This document shows positions 8,799 through 16,853 of a stretch of DNA of 52,943 nt, one piece after another (the first letter of the stretch is position 1; every line of letters begins with the position of its first letter). Below the pieces are notes generated by a model that saw nothing but the letters and a program-made list of their open reading frames with translations, made no database searches and was not told the DNA's origin. A program made the translations under genes and the position numbers. Source of the stretch: Myxococcales bacterium (lineage in GTDB: Bacteria; Myxococcota_A; UBA9160; SMWR01); assembly GCA_029881215.1 (NCBI GenBank), contig JAOUNA010000002.1, forward strand, positions 1-52,943. The letters are read 5' to 3'.

Positions 8799-9962
8799 GT
8801 GGCCACGCGGGGGGCAGTGCTTGCGCGGCAGGAGCCCCGCAGCGACGCCGCCCGGCACCCACCGCGCGTCTGGGTGCTCGCCGACGACCGGCCCGGCAAC
8901 ACGACCCAGTCGATCGGCCTGGCGGAGACGCTGGGCTGGCCGTACGAGCTCAAACGCCTGCAGTGTCGCTGGCCGTCGCGGCTGCACAATCGGCTGCTCG
9001 GGGCGCACCGCCTCGGCATCGACGCGCGGCGTTCGTCGCCGCTCGAGCCTCCCTGGCCGGATCTGGTGATCGCCGCGGGAAGGCGCACCGCACCCGTAGC
9101 GCTCTGGATCCGCAAGCGTGCGGGCGGCGACACGAAGATCGTGATGCTCGGGCGCAAGGGAGCCGACGATGCGCGCCGTTTCGATCTCGCGGTGACACCC
9201 TCCTATTGCCGCCTGCTGCCGCATCCTCGGCGCGTCGAGATCGCCGCGCCGCTGCACCGCGTGTCCGAAGCGCTTCTCGCGGAGGCGCGCCGCGGCTGGC
9301 AAGAGCGCCTCGGGGCAGCCCGGCGGCCGCGCATCGCGCTGCTGGTGGGTGGCACCTCGGGACAGTATCGACTGGGCGCCGCCGTGGCGCGGCGCCTCGC
9401 CGCGGACGTCGTGCGCATGTCACAATCTTGTGGCGGATCCGTCTTCGTCACCACGAGCCGCCGTCTCGGCGCGGCGGCGACGCACGCGCTGTGCAGCGGC
9501 ATGCAGGAAGTCGCTCACCTGCACCGCTGGACGCCGCGCGCGACGGAGAATCCCTATCTGGGCTATCTGGCGCTGGCCGACGCATTCGTCATCACGGGAG
9601 ACAGCGAGTCGATGCTGTCCGAGGCCTGCTCGCTGGGCAAACCGGTCTATGTGTATCCCCTCCCCGTGCGCCGCTCCTTCCGCATCTTGAGCACCCCGCG
9701 CGACGCGGTGTGGCGGCGGGCGGTCTCGGGGCGCGGCGCCCTCGCGCGCATCTGCAGCGCCCTGATCGAGCGCGGCTGGGTCCGCCCCGCGCGCGATCTC
9801 GACCGCTTCCACGCGGCGCTCCAGGCGTGCGGCGCGGCTCGGCGCTTCGCGGGTGTCTATGACCCCGCCCATGCGGCTGCCCCGCTGCACGATCGCGACG
9901 CGGTCGCCGCGCGCGTGCGCGCGCTGTGGCCGCACGGGGCCGGCGCGGCGCTTCCGCTATAG
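8799..9962 (+). CDS. ELM1/GtrOC1 (DUF1022) family putative glycosyltransferase
   Basis: WVLADDRPGNTTQSIGLAE, PWPDLVIAAGRRT, LLVGG, VTTSRR, ENPYLGYLALAD and ITGDSESMLSEA motifs; starts 1 bp after the kdsA stop. Confidence 0.85.
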   Translation: MATRGAVLARQEPRSDAARHPPRVWVLADDRPGNTTQSIGLAETLGWPYELKRLQCRWPSRLHNRLLGAHRLGIDARRSSPLEPPWPDLVIAAGRRTAPVALWIRKRAGGDTKIVMLGRKGADDARRFDLAVTPSYCRLLPHPRRVEIAAPLHRVSEALLAEARRGWQERLGAARRPRIALLVGGTSGQYRLGAAVARRLAADVVRMSQSCGGSVFVTTSRRLGAAATHALCSGMQEVAHLHRWTPRATENPYLGYLALADAFVITGDSESMLSEACSLGKPVYVYPLPVRRSFRILSTPRDAVWRRAVSGRGALARICSALIERGWVRPARDLDRFHAALQACGAARRFAGVYDPAHAAAPLHDRDAVAARVRALWPHGAGAALPL

Positions 9963-10041
9963 TTCTTGACCTGCGCGGACCCCTGAGAACTCCGCGCCTC
10001 CCCTCCCCCGCCAACCCGTGCAATTCGGTCCGGATCGCCGC

Positions 10042-11784
10042 ATGCGCCTGCTCCGCTACTTCTTGCGCGCCTATCCCTGGCAGAGCCTGGTGGTGCTCGC
10101 GTGTCTGCTCGTCGCGGCGCTGACCGAGGGCATCGGACTCTCCGCGCTGCTCCCGCTGCTCTCCCTCGCCACGGGATCGGGTGCCGACGGCGCGGTGCGC
10201 GCAGCGCCCTCCGCATACGAGCAGTGGGTGCGCGCAGAGCTCGCCGAAATCGGCGTCGAGCCGACGCTGGGCGTGCTGCTGGCGCTGATCGCCACGGCGT
10301 TCTGGCTCAAGGGCATGCTGCTGCTGCTCTCCAAGAAGCAGGTCGGATACACGGTGGCGCGCGTCGCCACCGATCTGCGCCTGAACCTCCTGCAGGCGCT
10401 TCTCACCGCGCGCTGGCGTTTCTATACGCGGCAGCCCATGGGCGCCGTCGCGAACTCGATGGCGACCGAGGCGGATCGCGCGTCGGAGGCCTACCGACAT
10501 CTGGCGCTGATCGCGAGCTACGGGGTCGAGGCGGTGCTCTACGCCGGGATCGCGCTGGCGATCTCCTGGCGCGCAACGCTGGCGGCCGGACTCGGCGCGC
10601 TGTTCACCGTCTCCGTGCTGCACGCGCTCGTGCGCATGTCGGGACGCGCCGGACGCAAGCAGACCCGGCTGCTCAAGTCGCTGCTGGAGCGGCTCACCGA
10701 CGCGCTGCAGGCCGTGAAGCTCCTCAAGGCGACCGGTCGGGAGGCGTCGATCGGACCGCTGCTCGCCGAAGACACGCGCAAGCTGAACCGCCAGCTCGAG
10801 CGCCGCGTGCTGTCGCAGGAGGCGCTCCGCGCCCTGCAAGAGCCCATCCTCGTCAGCTTGATGTGTGCGGGCGCCTTTGTCGCGCTGGTCGTGCTGGCCA
10901 TGCCTTTTTCGAGCGTCATGGTCCTGATCGTGATCGTCACCCGGACGCTGACCCGCGTGAACTCGATGCAGTCGAAGTATCAGTCGATGGTGACGGAGGC
11001 GAGCGCCCTCTGGTCGCTCAGCGAGCTCATCGATCGCGCCAGGCAGGAGCGCGAGCCGCTCGGCGGCAGCGTCGCCCCGCACCTCGATCGCGCCATCGAG
11101 TTCAAGAAGGTGAGCGTCCGCTACGAGGATCGGCCGGTCCTCGACGAGGTCTCCCTCGAGCTGCCGGCCGGACGCATCACCGCCATCGTGGGCCCCTCCG
11201 GTGCGGGCAAGACCACGTTCGTCGATCTGATCACCGGATTGCTGAAGCCGGATTCGGGTCAGGTCGTGATCGACGGCGTGCCCCTGGACGCGTTCGACCT
11301 GCACCGCTGGCGCGAGGGCATCGGCTACGTACCCCAGGAAATCCTCCTGCTGCACGACTGCATCCGTACCAACGTCACGCTGGGGGATCCGAACGTGACG
11401 GATGCCCAGGTGGAGCAGGCGCTGCGCAGCGCCGGGGCGTGGGAATTCGTCGCGAATCTGCCGGATGGCATCCGCGCCAGCGTGGGCGAGCGGGGCGCCC
11501 TGCTCTCGAGCGGGCAGCGGCAGCGCATCGCGATCGCCCGTGCGCTGGTGCACCGCCCCAGACTCCTGATCCTCGACGAGGCCACAGCTGCGCTCGACGC
11601 GGCGAACGAAGCGGCGATCTGGGCCAGCGTGGAGCGACTGCGCGGCGCAACCACGGTGGTCGCCATCTCCCACCAGCCGTCCCTCGCGAAGATCGCCGAT
11701 CGCGTCGTGCGCATCGACGACGGCCGCGCCGTCGAGACCGCGCCGGAGAGGCCGGCTCGAGCTCCAAGTCAGGAAGTGGCGTAG
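10042..11784 (+). CDS. Type IV ABC exporter, fused TMD+NBD (MsbA/PglK-like lipid or glycolipid flippase)
   Basis: N-terminal TM helices; Walker A GPSGAGKT, Q-loop YVPQE, signature LSSGQRQR, Walker B ILDEATAALD, H-loop ISH. Start set at ATG 10042 (ORF track 10018). Confidence 0.88.
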   Translation: MRLLRYFLRAYPWQSLVVLACLLVAALTEGIGLSALLPLLSLATGSGADGAVRAAPSAYEQWVRAELAEIGVEPTLGVLLALIATAFWLKGMLLLLSKKQVGYTVARVATDLRLNLLQALLTARWRFYTRQPMGAVANSMATEADRASEAYRHLALIASYGVEAVLYAGIALAISWRATLAAGLGALFTVSVLHALVRMSGRAGRKQTRLLKSLLERLTDALQAVKLLKATGREASIGPLLAEDTRKLNRQLERRVLSQEALRALQEPILVSLMCAGAFVALVVLAMPFSSVMVLIVIVTRTLTRVNSMQSKYQSMVTEASALWSLSELIDRARQEREPLGGSVAPHLDRAIEFKKVSVRYEDRPVLDEVSLELPAGRITAIVGPSGAGKTTFVDLITGLLKPDSGQVVIDGVPLDAFDLHRWREGIGYVPQEILLLHDCIRTNVTLGDPNVTDAQVEQALRSAGAWEFVANLPDGIRASVGERGALLSSGQRQRIAIARALVHRPRLLILDEATAALDAANEAAIWASVERLRGATTVVAISHQPSLAKIADRVVRIDDGRAVETAPERPARAPSQEVA

Positions 11785-11789
11785 CTCCC

Positions 11790-12596
11790 GTGGACCGCTT
11801 GAGGACATTGGTGCTCGCCGGCCAACGCGGTGCCGCAGATCCCTTCGCCGCGAGCCTCGCGGCGCGCCATCGAGCGCTCCTGCCCGTAGCGGGCATGCCG
11901 ATGCTTCTGCGCGTGATCCGCACGCTGCGCGAGACGGGTGCGGTCGGGCGCATCGCGCTGAGCATCGACGAGCCCGCCGCGCTCGACGAAGTGCCCGAGC
12001 TCCGCAACCTGATCGCGAAAGGAGAGATCGACGTACACCGCAGCCTCGACTCGCCCAGCCGAAGCGTCTCCGCCGTGCTCGCCGACTGCGCTGCGGACGA
12101 GCCCCTGCTGGTGACGACCGCGGACCATCCGCTGCTGACGCCCGAAATGGTCGCGCACTTCGCCGCAGCCGCGGGGCACAGCGACGCGGATCTGCTGGTG
12201 GGCGTTGTCGCCGCCTCGCTGCTCCGGCGCAGCTACCCCGAGACGACGCGCACCTACGTGCGCCTGCGCGGAGAGGCCTACAGCGGCGCGAATCTCTTCT
12301 GCTTTCGCACGGAGCGGGCGCGCCGCGCCGCGCGCTTCTGGCTGCGTGTCGAGCGGCAGCGCAAGAGCCCCTGGCGCATGGTGCGCGCCTTCGGGCCCCG
12401 CCTGCTGCTGCGCTTCGCGCTGCGCCGCCTCGATCTCGATGCGGCACTCGAGGCCGCCTCGCAGCGGATCGGGGCGGTGATCCGCGCGGTCTCGCTGCCC
12501 TTCCCCGAGGCTGCCATCGACGTGGATCGCCCAGCGGATCTCGAGCTGGCGGAGCGCATCCTCGCCGCGCGGGCCGGAACGGCGCCGCGCACCTGA
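11790..12596 (+). CDS. MobA-like NTP transferase (NTP_transf_3-like)
   Basis: 3' part of ORF 10101..12596; GTG start 5 bp after the ABC gene stop; LVLAGQRG..DP, ALLPVAGMPML, LLVTTADHPLL, YSGANLF and AAIDVDRPADL motifs. Confidence 0.85.
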   Translation: MDRLRTLVLAGQRGAADPFAASLAARHRALLPVAGMPMLLRVIRTLRETGAVGRIALSIDEPAALDEVPELRNLIAKGEIDVHRSLDSPSRSVSAVLADCAADEPLLVTTADHPLLTPEMVAHFAAAAGHSDADLLVGVVAASLLRRSYPETTRTYVRLRGEAYSGANLFCFRTERARRAARFWLRVERQRKSPWRMVRAFGPRLLLRFALRRLDLDAALEAASQRIGAVIRAVSLPFPEAAIDVDRPADLELAERILAARAGTAPRT

Positions 12597-12602
12597 TCGA
12601 TC

Positions 12603-13589
12603 TCACGCGGGTCCGGCGAGGAGCGTTTCGGGGCGATCGCTCTCGACGAAGCGCTGCGTCTGCGGATCCCAGCTGCGAGCGCGCAACGTGACGCGGAAGC
12701 GCGCTGTGCCCGCCCCGGCGTCGCGCGCTTCGAATGCGAGCACATGGTATTGCGCGCGCTTGTGGGGCTTCGTACCGATGTCGGAGGCGGAGCGGGCGCA
12801 CACGACCGGAATCGATCCATGCGGCCCTTCGATGCGCGCGATGCGCGTGCGGTGCAGATGCCCGTGCAGCACGATCTCCGCGCCGGCGCGCTGCAACACG
12901 TCACACAGCGCGCGCGCGTCGCAAAGCCCTCGACGCGGGGACGTCGCACCCGGATCCGGCGGATGGTGGATCAAGACCACGCGCTGCAAGCCGGTCGGTG
13001 CGAGCGCACTCAACACGCGCTCGAGGCGCGCGAGCTGCTGACCCCCGACCCGGCCCGACGCGAGAAACGGAGGCGTCGGGACCGCGGAGGATACGCCGAT
13101 GAGCGCCACGGGCTCCCGGATGCGAACACTCGGAAAGGCGAGCCCGCGATAGGCGCCACCCTGCGATTCGCCCAGCAGCGCGCGGCCCGCGGCGTCCGAT
13201 TCGAGATACTCGCTCCACAGATCCCAGGAGCACGCACGGGGCACGCGCACGTAGGTGTCGTGGTTCCCCGGCACGGCGGTGACGCGCTCGGGACTCCCGA
13301 TGCGCCGCAGCCAATCCCGAGCTACGAGGAACTCTTCCTCGAGCGAGACATTGGTCAGGTCGCCCGTGATCACGAGCTGATCCGGAGATGTGACAGCGAG
13401 GTCTTCGAGCAGCGCATCCAGCACCTCCGTGCGATGCGTTGCGCCGCGGCGCAGACGCCACGACAGCCAGCCGAGCAAGCGCTTGCCGAGCAGCGGACGC
13501 AGCGAGCCCGGAGCCACGGGCGTGGCGTGCAGATCCGAAAGGTGCGCGAGGGTGAAGATGGCTTGGACCTCCGCGCGGGCGATCGGCAA
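12603..13589 (-). CDS. Calcineurin-like metallophosphoesterase (CpdA/Icc-like)
   Basis: All five motifs present: HLSDLH, ITGDLTN, VPGNHD, IHHPP, LHGHLH. Start uncertain (TTG at 13589 chosen). Confidence 0.88.
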   Translation of the reverse strand: MPIARAEVQAIFTLAHLSDLHATPVAPGSLRPLLGKRLLGWLSWRLRRGATHRTEVLDALLEDLAVTSPDQLVITGDLTNVSLEEEFLVARDWLRRIGSPERVTAVPGNHDTYVRVPRACSWDLWSEYLESDAAGRALLGESQGGAYRGLAFPSVRIREPVALIGVSSAVPTPPFLASGRVGGQQLARLERVLSALAPTGLQRVVLIHHPPDPGATSPRRGLCDARALCDVLQRAGAEIVLHGHLHRTRIARIEGPHGSIPVVCARSASDIGTKPHKRAQYHVLAFEARDAGAGTARFRVTLRARSWDPQTQRFVESDRPETLLAGPA

Positions 13590-13633
13590 GGCTAACCCAC
13601 GCCGCGCCGCTGTGATACCTTGAGTGACTTCTG

Positions 13634-14830
13634 ATGCCCGCTTCGTCCTTCGATGACGCGTCCTCCGCGTGGGTCCTGCGCAGCAAGAAGCCGCGCGTCG
13701 AGATCTACGGACTGACGACGGAAGAGCGGCTGCTGCGCTCGCTGGCAAGAGCCGGCTGCACGTCCGCAGAGCTCGTGACGCCGGACGCGCGACCGGCGCT
13801 GCCGCGCGCGAAATCGGTCGTCGTGGTCCGCGGCGACGCGATCCTCGACGAGCGCCTCGTCGCCGGCCTCGTCGCGCGCCCCGGCGCACTGCTCGTTGCG
13901 CGCGGACCCGGGCTGTTGGGTGGCCACGTGCCGAGCGAGCGTGCCGAAGAACTCGTGCACGCGCTGGCCAGCGGCGTGCCGCCGGAGGGAATCGGGGGCG
14001 TGCCGCAAGTCTCGCCGGCAGAGTTCGCGCCGGCCTACGTGGCCAGCCTGCGCAAACGCGAGGCGCCGTTCGCGCTGTTGGCAGCTCCGGAGCGCGCGCG
14101 AGAGATCGAGGAGCGCATCTTCGGGGCTGCCTACAAGGGCGTGACGGATCTCGTCACCAAGTGGATCTGGCCGCGGCCGGCCCTGTGGGCCACGCGCGTG
14201 TGCGCGCGTGCCGGCGTGCACCCCAACACGGTCACCATCGCGAGTTGGGTGCTCGCGATCGGCGCGGTGGGCCTCTTCGCGACCGGCTGGTTCGGGACGG
14301 GCTTGCTGGTGGCGTGGCTCATGACCTTCCTCGACACGGTGGACGGCAAGCTCGCCCGCGTGACGCTCACCTCGAGCAGGCTCGGCGACGTGCTCGATCA
14401 CGGCCTCGATCTCGTCCATCCCCCATTCTGGTACGCCGCATGGGGCCTCGGACTCGGCGCCGGATACGAGCTCGCCACGGCCATCGCGGTCGGAGGCTAC
14501 CTGCTCGGGCGCTTGCAGGAAGGGATCTTCCTGGCCGCCTTCGAGATCGAGATGCACTCGTGGCACCCCCTCGACGCGTTGTTCCGCACCATCACCGCGC
14601 GCCGCAATCCCAACCTGATCCTGTTGAGCGTGGGAACGCTCGGGGGGCGCCCCGATCTCGGCCTGGTGATGGTGGCGCTCTGGACACTCGTCTCGCTCGG
14701 CTTCCACGCGATCCGAATGCTGCAGGCCTTCGCGCGGCGTCGCCGGGGCGAAGCCGTCGCCGCGTGGGACACCGGCGCAACCCCGGAGCCGCGCGAGCCC
14801 GCATCGAGCGGCGCGCTGACGCAACGCTGA
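13634..14830 (+). CDS. CDP-alcohol phosphatidyltransferase with soluble N-terminal domain; CpgA-like
   Basis: Signature DTVDGKLARVTLTSSRLGDVLDHGLD (D-x2-DG-x2-AR-x8-G-x3-D-x3-D), plus HPNTVT, YKGVTDLVTKWIWP and TARRNPNL. Confidence 0.88.
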   Translation: MPASSFDDASSAWVLRSKKPRVEIYGLTTEERLLRSLARAGCTSAELVTPDARPALPRAKSVVVVRGDAILDERLVAGLVARPGALLVARGPGLLGGHVPSERAEELVHALASGVPPEGIGGVPQVSPAEFAPAYVASLRKREAPFALLAAPERAREIEERIFGAAYKGVTDLVTKWIWPRPALWATRVCARAGVHPNTVTIASWVLAIGAVGLFATGWFGTGLLVAWLMTFLDTVDGKLARVTLTSSRLGDVLDHGLDLVHPPFWYAAWGLGLGAGYELATAIAVGGYLLGRLQEGIFLAAFEIEMHSWHPLDALFRTITARRNPNLILLSVGTLGGRPDLGLVMVALWTLVSLGFHAIRMLQAFARRRRGEAVAAWDTGATPEPREPASSGALTQR

Positions 14831-15858
14831 TGCGGCGCTGCGCGCGACCCGGCTGGCTCGCGCTCGCGTGGCTGTGCGCCGCGAGCGCCAGTGCAGGGGG
14901 CCTCGCGGAGAGCGTGGATCCGTCTGCGCGACTGCCCGGCGGATCCGCCGCGTCGGAATACTGGGATCTCGTGGCGCATTTCAGCGCCGGGCACCGCGTC
15001 TACGCGCGCTTCCAGATCACCAACGAGGGGCCCGGCGAGCGCAACGGCCTCGCCTTCGGACACGTGATCTTTCCCGACGGCAGCGTCACGCCCTTCCAGA
15101 ACGGGCGCCGCAGGGATCGCTGGACGCTCGGTCCGCAGGGGCGCCGTCTCGAGATCGGCGCGAGCGTGCTCGACCTGTCGCAGGACACGCGACGCCGGCT
15201 CTCGGTGGTCAAGCAAAAGAAGGGGATCCGGGTGCAGCTCGAGTGGGCTGCCGATGCCGCGGCCGTCTCGCTGCCGGAGTCGAGCGGCTCCGGCTTCCAG
15301 ATCGACGTGCTCGCCCTGGCCGCGCCGATCTCGGGGACGCTCTGGGTGCGCGGCATGGACGCGCCTCACGAAGTGCAGGGTCGCGCGGCGTTGACGCACA
15401 CCTGGATGAACTCGGCGGAGAGCAAGATCGTCGCGCGCCGCGTCGACATCGTGACGTTCGATCCCGATGCAGCGCTCTTCCTGGCCGACGTCACCGCGCC
15501 AGACGGCACACATCGTCAAGCCGCAGCGCTCGCGGAGCACGCGCGCATCACGTTCGTGTCACACGGAGTTGCATCCGATGCGCCGCCGCCCGGCGTCATC
15601 CCGGCGCAGCTTCGCGTCGCGCTGCCCGAGTTGAGCGGCTCGGTCTCCCTGGGGGAGGTGCGTTTGCGGCACGATCCCCTCGACGCGCTACCGCTCGCGC
15701 TGCGAATGGTGTACTCCTTCGGGACTCGACCGCATCGTGTCTGGGCCGACGCCGGCGTAGCGATGTCTCGATCGAGCGGAGCGGATCGAGCCCCTCTCTC
15801 GATTCGGGATACGGGCATCGCCGCCCTCACATTTCTCGGCTCTCCCCCCTCCAACTAG
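14830..15858 (+). CDS. Secreted/periplasmic beta-rich hypothetical protein, possibly AttH/CrtC/Svf1-like double-lipocalin fold
   Basis: 3' part of ORF 13669..15858. ATG overlaps the upstream stop (TGATG). Signal peptide MRRCARPGWLALAWLCAASASA; motifs SEYWDL...GHRVYARFQITN and GRAALTHTWMN. Fold assignment is inference. Confidence 0.65.
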   Translation: MRRCARPGWLALAWLCAASASAGGLAESVDPSARLPGGSAASEYWDLVAHFSAGHRVYARFQITNEGPGERNGLAFGHVIFPDGSVTPFQNGRRRDRWTLGPQGRRLEIGASVLDLSQDTRRRLSVVKQKKGIRVQLEWAADAAAVSLPESSGSGFQIDVLALAAPISGTLWVRGMDAPHEVQGRAALTHTWMNSAESKIVARRVDIVTFDPDAALFLADVTAPDGTHRQAAALAEHARITFVSHGVASDAPPPGVIPAQLRVALPELSGSVSLGEVRLRHDPLDALPLALRMVYSFGTRPHRVWADAGVAMSRSSGADRAPLSIRDTGIAALTFLGSPPSN

Positions 15859-15888
15859 TGGACGTCTGCGGATCCGGAGGATCCATCC

Positions 15889-16845
15889 GTGCGTATCGGT
15901 GTGGTGAACAACTTGCGCGCCGGCCAGAGCCGGCGCTGCGTCTCGAAGCTCCTCGCGCTCCTCGCGCGCTACCCCGACGTCCGCCACATCGAGACCGAGA
16001 GCGCCCATGCGCTGCCCGAGGCCCTCGCGGCCCTTCTGCACGAGCGGGTCGAGTTGCTCGTGCTCAACGGAGGCGACGGAACCCTGCAGCATGCCCTCAC
16101 CGCGCTCTTGTCGAATCCGGATCTCGAGAAGCCGCCCTGGGTTGCACCGCTGCGCGGCGGCCGCACCAACATGGCCGCGCTCGATCTCGGCGTGCGCCGC
16201 GATCCCGTCGCGGCGCTCGAGCATCTGCTGCGCAGCGCCGCGGCGGGGCGCCTGCAGGAGCTGCGCGTCGCCCGCCCCGTGTTGCGCGTCGCGTCTTCGC
16301 ACAGCAACGAGGTGCACTACGGCATGTTCTTCGGCGCCGGCATGATCCAGCGCGCCATCGGCCTCACACACCGCATCTTTCCGAAGGGCCGCAGCCAGGG
16401 CGTTCTCGGTGCGAGCCTCGTGACGACCGCCCTGATCGCGAAGACGCTCGCCCGCCCCACGCACGGGATCCTCACGCCGGACAAGGTGGAGATCCTGCTC
16501 GACGGGCGCGCCGTGCCGGACGGCGAGTTCTACCTGGTGATCGCCTCGTCGCTGCAGCGCCTCTTCCTGCGCCTGAATCCCTTCTGGGGAGAGGGGCCGG
16601 GGGGCGTGCGTTTCACAGCGCTCGCGAGCCGCGTCCCGCGCCTTGCGGCGGCCGTGCCCGGCATCCTGCGCGGCCGACCGGGCGCTGGCGTCAGGCAGGA
16701 CAGCGGCTACACCAGCGTCAATTCGCATCGGATCGAGCTGCGACTCGCCTGCGGCTTCACCGTGGACGGTGAGATCTTCCCCGCGCGCGCCGACGAGCAC
16801 GTGACGATCACCGCGGACTCGCGCATCCACTTCGTCCGCGCCTGA
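15889..16845 (+). CDS. Diacylglycerol/sphingosine kinase-fold lipid kinase; CpgB (ceramide kinase)-like
   Basis: VVNNLRAG, LNGGDGTL, GGRTNMAALDLG, GMFFGAG and FTVDGEI DAGK motifs; GGAGG RBS upstream of the GTG. Confidence 0.85.
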   Translation: MRIGVVNNLRAGQSRRCVSKLLALLARYPDVRHIETESAHALPEALAALLHERVELLVLNGGDGTLQHALTALLSNPDLEKPPWVAPLRGGRTNMAALDLGVRRDPVAALEHLLRSAAAGRLQELRVARPVLRVASSHSNEVHYGMFFGAGMIQRAIGLTHRIFPKGRSQGVLGASLVTTALIAKTLARPTHGILTPDKVEILLDGRAVPDGEFYLVIASSLQRLFLRLNPFWGEGPGGVRFTALASRVPRLAAAVPGILRGRPGAGVRQDSGYTSVNSHRIELRLACGFTVDGEIFPARADEHVTITADSRIHFVRA

Positions 16846-16853
16846 GGCCGACC

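Noticed and set aside
10101-11789. Apparent long N-terminal extensions of ORFs 10101..12596, 13669..15858, 27161..29038, 38640..40214, 41926..42960, 44311..46074 and 49287..50213
   Set aside because: The extensions are off-frame overlaps of neighbouring genes; only the 3' parts have motifs and plausible starts, so starts were reassigned.
9592-12801. 1069-aa minus-strand ORF
   Set aside because: Antisense shadow of the ELM1, ABC and NTP-transferase genes; Arg/Ala/Gly-rich with no motifs, as expected in high-GC DNA.
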